A stretch of DNA of 64,000 nucleotides from Felis catus (Eukaryota), in assembly GCF_018350175.1 (NCBI RefSeq), contig NC_058383.1, forward strand, positions 27,096,001 through 27,160,000, written 5' to 3'. This document shows positions 27,540-39,600 of this stretch, one piece after another (positions within the stretch are counted from its first letter, which is position 1; every line of letters starts with the position of its first letter). The notes beneath the pieces are model-generated. The model saw only the letters and a list, made by a program, of their open reading frames with translations. It was not told where the DNA came from and did not search any database. The position numbers were made by a program, and so were the translations under genes.

Positions 27540-27827
27540 GCAAGGGAGTCAAAAAGTACACACTTCCAGGTGTGAAATAAATACGTGCTGGGGGGAGGTG
27601 ATGTATAGCCAATAATACTGTACTGTGTATTTGGAAGTGGCTCAGAGAGTAGATCTTAGATGTTCTCATCAACAAGAAAAAAAAAATGTAACCATGTGGG
27701 GTGACAGATGTCAACTAGACTTATTATGATCATTTTGCAATATATACAAATAACGAATCATTAGGTCATACACCTGAAACTAACATAATGTTGTATGTCA
27801 ATTACATCTCAATTAAAAAAATAAAAA
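27540..27827 (+). mobile_element. L1 3' end (L1MA9/L1_Carn-like)
   Basis: aataatactgtactgtgtatttggaagtggc...gagagtagatctta...tacacctgaaactaacataatgttgtatgtcaattacatctcaattaaaaaaa. Confidence 0.8.
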
Positions 27828-28589
27828 GATTCCCCTCAGTGAGCTACTTGGCTATTTGATGTGTTTATTTTACTTTAACCCACTCCAGGAATAGTAAATA
27901 ATTAAATGCCCCCCCCCCCAATAAACAGGAAAAGAAAAGAACTAACAGAGTCCAGGTGTGATTAAAGCATTTGAACTGCTTGATCTAGCCATACTGAAGT
28001 CAGAGGTCAAGGTTTTCCTTCCATTAACTTCCTTTACCCACTTAGTCTAGTTTAAGCTGGGTTTCTGTCATCTGCCACCAAGGGTCCTTTTTAACACATC
28101 ACCCGTGCAGGGTCTGCAGCCTAGCCATGCCCAGCTCTGGGCGATGGGGAGGGGACAACAGAAGACGCACAGTGGCTAGGGTTACTCATCAGCAGGTGAG
28201 GCCCCAGCTGACAGAGAGGAGAGGGTGGCAGGTAATGGCTCATTTTACTATGAAATTAATACTACATTACTGCCCTTCATTCATTCAAGTAAGAGAAAAC
28301 CAGCCAAGGGCTCATTCCTGGGTAGTGGAGTATGGGAGCTTTTCTGTTCGGAGATCCTTGGGTTTTAGTTTTAGCGGGAAGTGCCAACAACATCTTAGCC
28401 GGAACCTTTATGTTGTTCTGTGCCATGTGGGTATTACCTGTCAGCTACTGACGCACATCCACCAGACAGGTATTCACACACCCAGTGGGGGTAACTCTGG
28501 CCCAAACACCATCTATTTATTTCTCCCACCACAATATTTTCATCCTACACTTATCATAGCCATGACATCACCATCATCATCACCCCCAT

Positions 28590-28815
28590 CACATAGGGCA
28601 TCTACTATATGGTGGATGCTTTATATGCAGCATCTCATTTAATCCTCTCAACCCCAAGAGTGTAGGCCTATTGCTATTTCCACTATAAAGGTAAGGGAAC
28701 AGGCTCAGAGAGGTTAAGACACCTGTCCAATGCAACATAGCTAGGACATGGCAGAGCAGGACTCTGATCCAGGAAGTACAACCTCAAGGCCCACGCTTTT
28801 AACCTCTGTGCTACA
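28590..28815 (-). mobile_element. MIR
   Basis: tctcatttaatcctctcaacccc...ggaacaggctcagagaggttaagacacctgtccaa core. Confidence 0.7.
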
Positions 28816-30105
28816 TACCCAGTCCCAAGCACTGGGCCTAGAAATAGTGGACAGAGAATAAATACCAACTAGGCAGGAATAATAATACCAGGGTGGATAA
28901 TAATTCAGACACAAGTCTATCAAATTACAATGGGCTCCTTTCTGATGAAACAACTTTGCACAAAACACATATTACAAGGTTACCTGGAGGTAACCTAAGG
29001 GCCTAGACACTAACATCTGGGCCAGTTTTGATAACTAACACCTGAATGGAATCTTGTTCAGCTCCGCCTTGCTCCCATGGGCTTTGGGCTCAGAGAACTG
29101 GGTTCAAATTCTAACACTTACCAATTGTGTAACCTTGGGAAAAATCATTTAGACTCCCCAAAACCCCTTTCTTCTCCTGACAAATGGGGATAATGATTCT
29201 TATTTTGCATTGAGTGGCCCTAAGAATGAAATTGGATCCCACAGGGAAAAGGTCAGCGGAGCAAGGGCACTTATCAGGAATGATAAGTGTTATCAGGAAC
29301 ACATCATACAGTGGCTGTAATTCTTGATCTACCCAGGCCTCTCTCCCTTTCGAGGTGGGAACATGCTCACGATAATCTGTAAATCATGCTGATTTACAGA
29401 GCATCCTCAAGTCTGGGGGCTCCTTCTAAATGTAAAAAATGCAGGCTGTCAGTAGGATGGGAACAAGCTATAAACAGCTGGATGAAATCAGAGTTAGAAT
29501 TTAGGCAATGACACAACAAAGGATTCTGGGGTTACATCTGGAGAGCTCAGGAGATGGAGCTCAAGGCTACCTTCTGGTCCCCCCCCCCCCCCCCCCCCCC
29601 CGCCGTAGGTAACTCGGTAAACTGAGTTACAGAGCCAGCCAGAGGGCAGGTCAGTCAGCAGTTGCACAGAACGCCTGAAGCAGACTACAAACTGAAATGC
29701 CAGTATGCCAGTGGGGGCCAGGTAGGGAAGGGGCACAGGAGAGGACAGGAGAACACGGGCTTTGTCTATGACCCAGGTGATAGCCTCCAATGAGAAACCT
29801 GAGGCCCAGAGTCAGTGGACCTTTGGATCTTTTAAGATGAGCTGGAAGTGCCTGGGAAACATTGCTATTTTTAAATGGGGCTATTCATTTTCAAATGGAG
29901 CACTTGAACTGAAACAAAACAAAACAAAACCAACACAAGAGCCAAACCAAACAAAACACATTAACGAGCTAAAATTATCCCATGTGCTGCCAGGTTATGG
30001 TCTGAGTTCAAAGCTAGAAAAAGCTGCCAGCATGTCAGTGATCTGGGCTGGTTGTTTTTTAATGGTGTTTGCCATCAGGACAGTGAGGCCTATCATGTGA
30101 TCTCC

Positions 30106-30120
30106 CCTAAAGGGGGCGCT
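30106..30120 (+). promoter_or_regulatory. Candidate CTCF motif
   Basis: CCTAAAGGGGGCGCT fits the CCNNNAGRKGGCGC core. Motif match only. Confidence 0.35.
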
Positions 30121-30816
30121 TGAGACTGAATCCCTCGTAGCTGATCTCTGGCCACAGAGATATTGACTCTGCTGAAAGTGGGACTGCAGCATGCTATTTG
30201 TGGATCCAGATTGGGCTTCTTGGTGCCTTGAATCCCTGCCAATGTCTTGGGCAGCAAGAGTGAGGCACTGGTGAGGGCAAAGGGTGGGAATCAGGATATA
30301 TGAGCTCAACTCCATGCTGGAATGAGACTCTTTTTCACCAGGAAGTAAGTTCCATGAGAATGAGGATTTTGTCTTGTTCAGCTCTAGAAGGGTGCCTGGC
30401 ACATGCTTGGCACTGGGTGAGTGTTTGCTGAATGGCTGACCCAATGAATGATCTGGGGCCATCACTTAAATTATGGGGCTCAGTCATCCCACCAATAAAG
30501 TGGGAATGAACAATGGCTGCCCTACTTACCTCAAAGGGTTGCCATAATGAGATAATGGACCCAGGAAAGTGCTCAGTGTGTGTTTGGGGGGGGGGTGTAA
30601 AGGGCTATTACGAGAGGAGATGCATTTACTATTATCCCTGTCCTTGGCTGACGGGAAAGACTGCTGCAGACACGACATGGAAGGGGCAGGGGCCCACCTG
30701 AGCCATGCCTTCCTCCTGTCCTCTACTTTCCTCTAGGCTAGCCTCAAAGGAAGCCCCAAAATGATCACTCAGATTTTCATTTCCATTTTGCACATGGGTA
30801 GGGGGAGGATGTGCTA

Positions 30817-31038
<222 letters not shown>

Positions 31039-33938
31039 TTACCACACTACATTAAAAGGGGATATTAGCGTGTTTGTATCCTACCTATCCTATAGCCTGT
31101 ACACTCTTTGAGTATAAGCATACTACCTTAGCTGTTCTGGAATCTCCAGTGCTCAGCACTGGGCGTGGCAAACAGTAAGTCATTAGTGTGTAGCTCAATT
31201 CGATACACAGCAATCTCAGGGTCTTTGCACGTGCTGTCCTTGGGAAATTCTGCCTTGTATCTTTCCAGGTCTGGCTTGCTGTTATCATCCAGGTCTCCTT
31301 TCAAATGTAACCTCTTCAGAGACGCCTTTTCTGGCCACCCAACCTAATGTGGCATCAGCCTCCCCCACCCCCATCTTTATCATATCCCTTTATTTCCATT
31401 ACTATTTTATTGTCACCTGCAAGTGTTAAACTTGTTTACGTTATGATGTAAGCTCCATCAGGACAGAACCTACTGGGACTTGCTCCTCACTAGCACATGG
31501 TAGGAGCTACATTAATGGTTGCTGGATGAATGAATACTAAGTCCTTGAATAACCAGTGGGCTACCAATTGAGAGAGCTTTAAAAAATATGAAGTGCGATT
31601 GAAACAGATGACGTCGTTCCCAGTATTGTTATCCCAAATTTATCGCCATCAATCTCCGTGCAGGCAGTGTAGTCACAGCTAATCAGCTTGTGCATACAGC
31701 TGTGACAGTATTTTAAAAGGCAGTCACACGGGTCTCCATCTGCCAGAAATGCAGTCGCCTCTTCTGCTGAATAAACCCAAACAGGTAAACGGTGCTGAAG
31801 TGACAGCTCCTTTATCATCTGCTCTGCTCAGGAATTTTTACTTAGAAGGAAAGGGTTAACCATTGTTTCAAAGTGGGAGACCAGATGGAGGGGGTGGAAA
31901 GGAAGGACACTCCTGGAACCGAATGGAGGCTCTCAGAACTTTGGGGGGCAGGTAGGTGCCTTAGAAAGCAATGCCTGGGCTCTAGAAGCAGAAAGGTCTA
32001 GAGGCAGATCCCAGCTCCACTCCTGACCCAAGGGTGAGTAATTTAACATCTGGGTGGTAGCCTTCTCTGAACCCCCCTGACTGCCCAGCAGACAGTAGGC
32101 TCTCAGTACGTATATAACGAATGGATAGCTGGGAATATTTAAAGGGCATATAGTAGGTGCGCAATAAATGCAAAGTGCTTTGCTCCTTCCACCTGCCACC
32201 ATCTGGTCTAAGCAGCCCCCACGCCTCACTCTTCATTTCCCTGCAACTCCCTGCAGCCGCACCACTGCAAGCCCCTATTCTGTGATTGGATGACGCATGC
32301 TGACCAACTCATAATTCCAGCGGAGGGGGCACAAAGCAGTCAAGGGACGCTGCAGTGAAAACAAGCCCTGCCGGTGTCCCATCCTATTACTGAAATGAAC
32401 ACCAATACACAGGCGGCCATTCTGGCGGTAGCAGAGAGACCCCCGTCTACACTGAAGTAAATCTGATAGGAACACGCAAGCCAAGCCCTGCCGAGGCGCA
32501 CAGAGGTAAATTCCAGGGACGCAGCCAAATGGCTAACCCCACGCATCTGCAAAACGGTGCATCTCGTGTGTGGACAATCCTGCCCACATGCTCCAAGGTA
32601 AAGCCCACGTGTGCCTCATACCAAGTTACAGACAGCCATGGGCAAAGGGCCTCCCGAAGTTGCGGGGAGAGGTGGGAACAAGATCAGCCCATAAAAAAAA
32701 AAAAGAAAGCAATCTCTCTTTCCAGACCCTCAAGAGGCCCATTCGATCTCCGTGTCTCAGCAGTTCCTGTTTACCAACCCCCTTGCCACTCTGGGACAGT
32801 TCATTATCGTCGTCCTGATGAATACGGGGACAAGTTAACCTCTGAATGGGTCCCTGGCAGCAGGAATAATAAATAGGGCCTCTCAGCGGCCTCAGAGGGA
32901 GGATTGAAGGGGCCGGGCCGGGGCTCCTGGGCCCCCGTGCGCGAAGCCTCAGGCCTCCCAGGGTCAGTGGCTGCAGCTCCATTTGGCAACCCCAGAAAGC
33001 GCCTTTCAGGGCCCTGAGCTGGGGCCATTTTCACATTTACCGCTTCACCGAGTCCCCATCTGACGGGGATGAATAGGCATTTAGCGAATTTACTTAGCGA
33101 TGCTTCCACATGAAATCGTCTCAAAAGATGACATCTTGGGGGAGGGAGGGCGGCTGGGGAGGGGGCTGCGGATTCCAGGCCCAGAGCCCGGGGAGGAAGA
33201 ATGCGGGGGTGGGGTGGGGGTGGGGTAAGGCTGCCTTTCAAAGCAAAGTGCTGTGTGCCTGGCTTGGCTGGACTGGCGGGGTCGAGGGGACCCCTAACTC
33301 CCCCTCCCTGGGCTCCCTCCACCGGCCCCCTCACTCTCCCTCTCTCTCAGAGTAAAAAGCTTGCTCTGCACACTGAAACCAGTCTCCCAGCCCTTCTTCA
33401 AGGGGACACGCAATTCGGCTGGGGCCCAACTTTCCTATCACTGCTTTCCAACGCCTGTCTATAATTGCCTACATAATATTTAGTTCTCCTCAGATAATTA
33501 ACAGCTTGCGATCTGTTGACATTTTACCCAGTTCCAGCCTCTCTCTCTCCCTCTTTCCCCACCACATACGTTTCTCACTCTTCCTCTTCTGGTGGAGTCA
33601 TGTGCCAAGTGGCTCCCACCACTCATCACTTGTGCCTGTCCCTACCTCTTGTGAAAACCATTAGGAGACATGTTTCTTCGTCCACAACCACTCCTCTATG
33701 ACTGTGACTCTGGACCCCTCACTGGCAGCCTTCGTGGCCACTGGGATGTCTTTGTGGAAATACGTAAATAAGTAAATGTTAAAATAAGTGATTTATTTTA
33801 ATAAATAAGTCATTTATTTCAATTAATAAATTGGCTATAATATAAGCAAACTTATTGGAACCATGTGAAAATCTTTGTTGAAATGAGGGAATAAGTGAAT
33901 GATAAATAAGCTCCAAACATTAAAAAAATTTAAAAAAA

Positions 33939-34127
33939 GGGGCTGCCTGGGTGGCTCAGTTGGGTAAGTGTCTGACTTCGGCTCAGGTCATGATCTCAGG
34001 TTGGGCTCTGTGCTGACAGCTCAAAGCCCGGAGCCTGCTTTGGATTCTGTGTCTCCCTCTCTCTCTGCCCCTCCCCTGCTCGCGCTCTGTCTCTTTCTCT
34101 CAAATATAAACATTAAATTTTTTTTGG
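33939..34127 (+). mobile_element. Can-SINE (felid type) with an internal deletion
   Basis: ggggctgcctgggtggctcagt head; B-box region missing between tgatctcag and gttgggctctg. TSD aaataagctc(c/t)aaac at 33904-33918 and 34128-34142. Confidence 0.93.
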
Positions 34128-34375
34128 AAATAAGCTCTAAACCACGACCATTTATGAAATTGTCCACCATGCCCCAGACCCTGGAGCAGATGTTTGCCAC
34201 ATTTTATTGCATTTAATATTCACAAAAACTCTATAAAATGCGAGTTTCATTCCCAATTTACAGATGGGCAACTGAGACTCAAAAATTGCCGCTTAGTGAA
34301 GCACAGCGTCAGGATTAGAATCTGGATCCAGATGTCAGAGAGTGTCATGCCCTTTGCTACTAGACTGTTTGCGTA

Positions 34376-34497
34376 AATGAATGAGTGAATGAAGGAAGGA
34401 ATGAGTGAACAAATGAGTAAACGAATGAATAAATGAATGAACGAGTGAACGAATGAGTGAATGAATGAGTGAACAAATGAACAAGTGAATGAATGAG
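34376..34497. repeat. Imperfect (GAAT)n microsatellite
   Basis: About 30 degenerate gaat/gagt/gaac units. Confidence 0.85.
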
Positions 34498-35774
34498 TTC
34501 CATGCCAGGTGTAGGTGCCCAAATGCCCCCCTATTCAGAGCCTGGTCTTTGGATGAATGCAGTAACTCAGGCTCCACCTCGGACCTACTGAGTCAAATTC
34601 TGCATTCTAACAGGATTCCCAGGGGATGTGTGTGCCCTTTAAAGTTTAAGAAGGGCTGCTTTAAGTGAAGCATGAATATGATAGTTAATTCTCTTCCTCT
34701 TTTCCTTCTTCATCTTTTCCCTAAGGCCTGCTCCTGAAAGCCTGGACTTGCAGCGAGTTACTTTCGTCTCAGTAAGCCTCAGGTGTTGGGAGTATTAAAT
34801 AAAATAATGCCTGAAGATCTGTGCTGTAGCACCGGGCATATAGTAAGCCCTTGATAAATGTCAGCTGTTATTTAATAGTATTATTATTGCCATCTTGAAT
34901 ATCAGAAGCTTAAGACATTTTGAACTGGAGACAGCAGTATAATGACCCAGCCAGATTTGAACTTGGAAAGCTTTCTGTGCTTAAGCCCCAGGGGATGCCC
35001 TGTGGAGCATGGTTTGGGAAATGCCCCATCGCACGGACCTGTCTCCTCTCCCGGCTGGTGTAAGAGTTAGGAACTGGCTCCCGGGGGGCCACCTCGACAC
35101 TGTGTGTGTCTAAGATGCATAATGGTTCTGGGCAAGAGGACACACAGAACTGGGGGGGGAGGAGGACAGCTCAGCTCTCAGGTCCCTCTAGTACCCGGGT
35201 CACAGCCAAGCCTGCCTGCTGGCAGCCTGAGACAGGGCGAGGAGGGAACGGGGACCTTCTCAGCCTCCACTTGGAAAGAGCACAACACAGAGCCAGCCCT
35301 CAACTGCTCTACGTTCCTCCTGCCCACCAGGCTGTGGCCCAGAACCCCCTTCTCTGATACAGGATGCTGAGAAGAATCTGCCAGAGGTACTCCCGACGAC
35401 CGGCAAGGCAAAAGCCAAGCACAGAGTTTTTGTGAATGTCAGGACTCAAGACTTCCACCCGCTGATGCTGCCGGGTGTGTGCAGACCCCGGGGGCACCAG
35501 ATGGAGGCCTCGTGGATGCGGCGGGTGGGCCATGTGAGGAGCAGAAATGTGTGTGGGTGGCAGGGGGTGGAGGACCAGGGCACTGGGCAAGCTGATCGTG
35601 CTGAGGATGGAGGCACCTTCAATGTGAGCTCAGAATAAACACGCCGTATTTCCCCAGCTTCTTCCACTGCTCTATCATCTGCACGGTTCTTTCAGACGCA
35701 TGTTCAATTTAACGTTCAATTCAATAGCGCTTCAGCTTTACCCTATGTGACAATATTTGCAGTATGTGATGTAC

Positions 35775-36195
35775 TTTTTTTTACAAATCTTAAATTCTGG
35801 TAAAATACACCTAACAGAAAATGTGCCATCGTAACCATTTTTTCATGTTAACAGTTCAGTCGTATTAAGTACCTTCGTACTGCTCTGCAACCACCAACCA
35901 CCATACCTCTCCAGGACGCTTTGTATCTGGCAAAGCTGAAACCCTGTACCCATTAAAACAAGAACTCTCCATTTCCCCCTCCCCCAGCCACTGGAAGCCC
36001 CTGTTCTGCTTCCTGTCTCCATGAACACACTCATAGAGGAGTCAAACTCCAGGAACCTCCTATAAGGGGGATCATACAGGACTTGTCTTTTTGCGGCTGG
36101 CTATTTTTCCCCTTAGCACAATGTTCTGAAGGTATATCCGTGTCATAACGTGTATTTCCGTTTCGAGGCTGAGTAATTCCGATACACCATTTTTA
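35775..36195 (-). mobile_element. L1 3' end (L1MB-like)
   Basis: ggtaaaatacacctaac...accattttt...caaagctgaaaccctgtacccattaaa...ggctgagtaattcc. Confidence 0.8.
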
Positions 36196-36284
36196 TGTCC
36201 CCCCCCCCCCCCATTACACATGAAAAGCAATAATGACTACGTATCTGGGTACCTCCTAAAGCACCTGGGCCACCAGGGGCATAT

Positions 36285-36630
36285 GGAGAGCAGTCAGCTG
36301 TCCCGGTTTGTCCAGCCCTGAGAGGGGATCCAGGACACAGATGTTTCAGTTTTAAAATCAGATGGTCCTGGGACACCTGAGTGGCTCAGTCACTTAAGCG
36401 TCCAATTATTGATTTCATCTCAGGTCATGAACTCACGTTGGAGCCCTGCATCGGGCTCTGTGCTGGTCATGGAGCCTGCTTGGGACTCTCTCTCTCTCTC
36501 CCTCTCCCTCTCTCTCTCTCTCTCTCTGCCCCTTCCCTGCTCACGTGCACATGCGCGCTCTCTCTCTCTCAAAAGATTAAATAAATAAATATCAGATGGT
36601 CCTGGCGAACCAACTTGAGCTGGTGGCATA
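36285..36630. mobile_element. hAT-Blackjack MITE (MER81/MER94-type) split by a Can-SINE
   Basis: gtcccggtttgtccagccctgagagggg...tttcagttttaaaatcagatggtcctgg[SINE]cgaacc...gagctggtggc. Confidence 0.5.
36372..36590 (+). mobile_element. Can-SINE with perfect 15-bp TSD
   Basis: TSD atcagatggtcctgg at 36357-36371 and 36591-36605; CT tract and taaataaataaat tail. Confidence 0.93.
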
Positions 36631-39600
36631 CATGTCTGCTGAGAGCCACGTGACCCCAGAAAAACGTCATACTCGTCCTTTTCTGAGGAGCCCAAGAGTG
36701 CAGAAAACCATGCTGGGGAAGCACGTAACCCTTCCCTATGCTTCTGAAATTACCATTCTGCAGCTTAGCCCACAGCAAGACAGACCAATTAATGGCAAGA
36801 GCAACAGAAAGAACAGCATCTAACACTTGAGGGCCTGCAGTGGGGACCACTCTCCACAGCACTCTGCATCTGTTAACCCACTTAGTCCTCACGGCACCCC
36901 TATGAAGCAGGTGCTGGGACACTCACACCCCTTGTTATTACAAAAAGGGGAGCGTGTGTGTCCATGGCTTTTTTATGTAAGGATCTATCATGCTGATCTG
37001 TCTAATCGGCACATAAAGTAGACTTCATCCTTCTAAGGGCGACACAGAATCTCATGGAAGGGACACAGCCAGTCTCCTAGTGATGGACATTTATGTTGTT
37101 TGCTTCCCTTACAGATACCGCTCCTAGGAACCTCCTTGAGCGTTTCTCTTTCCTGTATGTGGGTCTGATAGCTTTCTGTAGGATTCAGTTCCCAGATGCG
37201 GCATTGTTCGTGCAAAGGGCACTTTTTAGTGTCTCTTTGCTTTTAGAAAGGCACGCTACGTAGACTGAGGCTACGCCCAGAGCCGGGATGGGGCTCAGGC
37301 CACCACGCAGGAACCAAGCCAGTGGGCTCCCAGGAATATGGGGAGGGGGAAGGAAATGGCAAAGGTGATGAAAGGGGTGGGGGAGTTGTCCTGGGGAGGC
37401 TGGTGGGCTTCTTTGTCAGGCTAAGCAGGACGAGCAAGGGCCTTCTGGCTTCCCCATGGGACCAACAGCCAGTGGGACAGGAAAGAGCCTCCATCAGGCA
37501 GCGAGGTGTGTGTGTGTGCATGTGTGTGTGGTGTGGGGTGTGCAGAACTATCCAGTGCCCGGGGCAGCTGCTCCAGCTGGTGCCCATCTGTCTGTTAATA
37601 GCACAGGGATTTTCAACCAGGGCACCTTGGACAATACTTTTCAGGAGCCTGGCTATAGTTGTGAGATGGGTGGGCACTGGATCTAATTCCGGTCTGTTCT
37701 TCCTGGACTTGACACTAGATGTGCAACAAATAATTGCCATCGTTCTTAATAAATGCCCCAGGGGAGCACTGGCGTGCAGGGCTCGTGGCCATCAAGGCAG
37801 AGAGCTCTGTCATTCACTTGTATGTATGTCCCTAACTTTGACTACAATGTTTCCTCTACTGGACATGCTTTTCCCTGTGTCTTTGAACTGGAGGGGGAGA
37901 GGGGAACGTGAGGCAGTCAGAAAACACTTAGTAACGATTGCAGGAACCATGCCTGTGTTGCTGATTGTGTTAACTATGCCTCCCCCTTTCACCCACAATT
38001 CCCCCATCACACTGGAACTAGTTGATACATGAATAAAGTAGGACACAAAGAGATTTAATGACTTGGCTGAAGTCTTGCAGGAAGGTGGACTACAGACTTG
38101 GACCTTCGCACTCCAGGCCCAAAACATGACTCTTTGCAATCCTGATCTCCTCGTGCTGGATCAGCTTTAGGAGTGCCCTCCGTTTCTTTCCAAGGACAGC
38201 CAGGTGGGAAACAGGCACCTGAAACTGCAGCCACCTTCTAAGGGGACCCATTGTCGAACACACACTGCATGTCAGAAGGTGACACAGATACGGCCTCCTA
38301 AGTGTGGGCCTTTCTGCTGCGCTGGTCTAAAATCGGAGCCCTAGCCACTGGGTTTCTCTCGCTGCATTCTGGCTCACAGATGGATTCAAACCCATTTTTC
38401 CACATGGCTTATTTCTTTTTGGGTGTTGGGGAGAGGGGGAAGATCCTGTCGATGCTCTGTCCATGACCCTCCAGGCAGGTTTTGCTTGGACCTTACCAAG
38501 TCTTCTTGTCTACTAGCAAATCTCTCAGGAAGGCCAGAATTCCAGAACAACACAAAGAAAGGTCAAGTTCAGGGTTCTCCGCAGACGAGCCAAGAGCAAA
38601 AGCACTGGAGATAAAAGAAGGGCAATCACTGATTGATCTTATAGAGCCAAAACGAGGAGTGAGACCCACTTCTGCGAAGACACAGTGGGAAATGTATGGA
38701 AAGACCTAGGTACTGTATTTCTTCCTCGGCCCTGTGGGCGTACTTACAGCCACTGTTGGTACCCAAGGAAAAGCGAACTGGATAAAATGCTGCCCCAGCT
38801 TTCAGATTCCACTCTAATCCATCCTCCGGAAAGCAGCTGCAGGATTTTTCTAGAACCTAAGTCTGCTCGTATCCCCCCTCTACTTAATACCCTTCAGTGG
38901 CACTTTGTCCCCTGTAGGACAATGCTCTTAACTCCTTAGCAAGGTGTATAAAGTGGTTCGTGAGCTGGCCTGGCTGCTGAATCTCTGGCATTATTTGAAG
39001 TTTTCTAAATGTTCTGTGTTTCCTGTGACTTTGAAAACTCGCATAAAACTGTGCTCTCCTGGAAACATGATTTCTTACCCCCTGACAGGGCGGGTGCCAG
39101 GTACCTGGAACAGCAGTAGATAAGGTGGTCGTGGTCTCTGTCCTCCAGGAGCGCAGAGGACAGTGGAGAAGGCAGACAGACACGTAGATTCTTATGATAT
39201 GGAGTGAACTGCCAGGTGAAATAAGGCACCGAGCATCCTGGAGACACCAGGGGAACAGCTCTTCCCCTCCACGCAGGCGGGCAGCAAACTGGGGAGCCAC
39301 CTGGCTAATAAAACTCAGTCACTTTTGATTGGATTTATCTTTCTGTTACCAGAGAAACCGATGCAGAATTAAAACATGCTCACTGCATTGGCAGGAACTG
39401 GCAAACCATTTCTCAAAGCCTCAACGCTTTCGCAGAACACTTGTAAGACACACATTTTTCATTTTAAACATACATAAGCCATTCTAAGAGGCAGTTTATC
39501 TGACTTTCCATCAGTGGGAACTCTTAACATGTCAGCCCTTCCTGCAGACGGCTGTAATGGAAAGGTAACTGACAAGAATCAGCGCCCCGGAGGCCATGCC

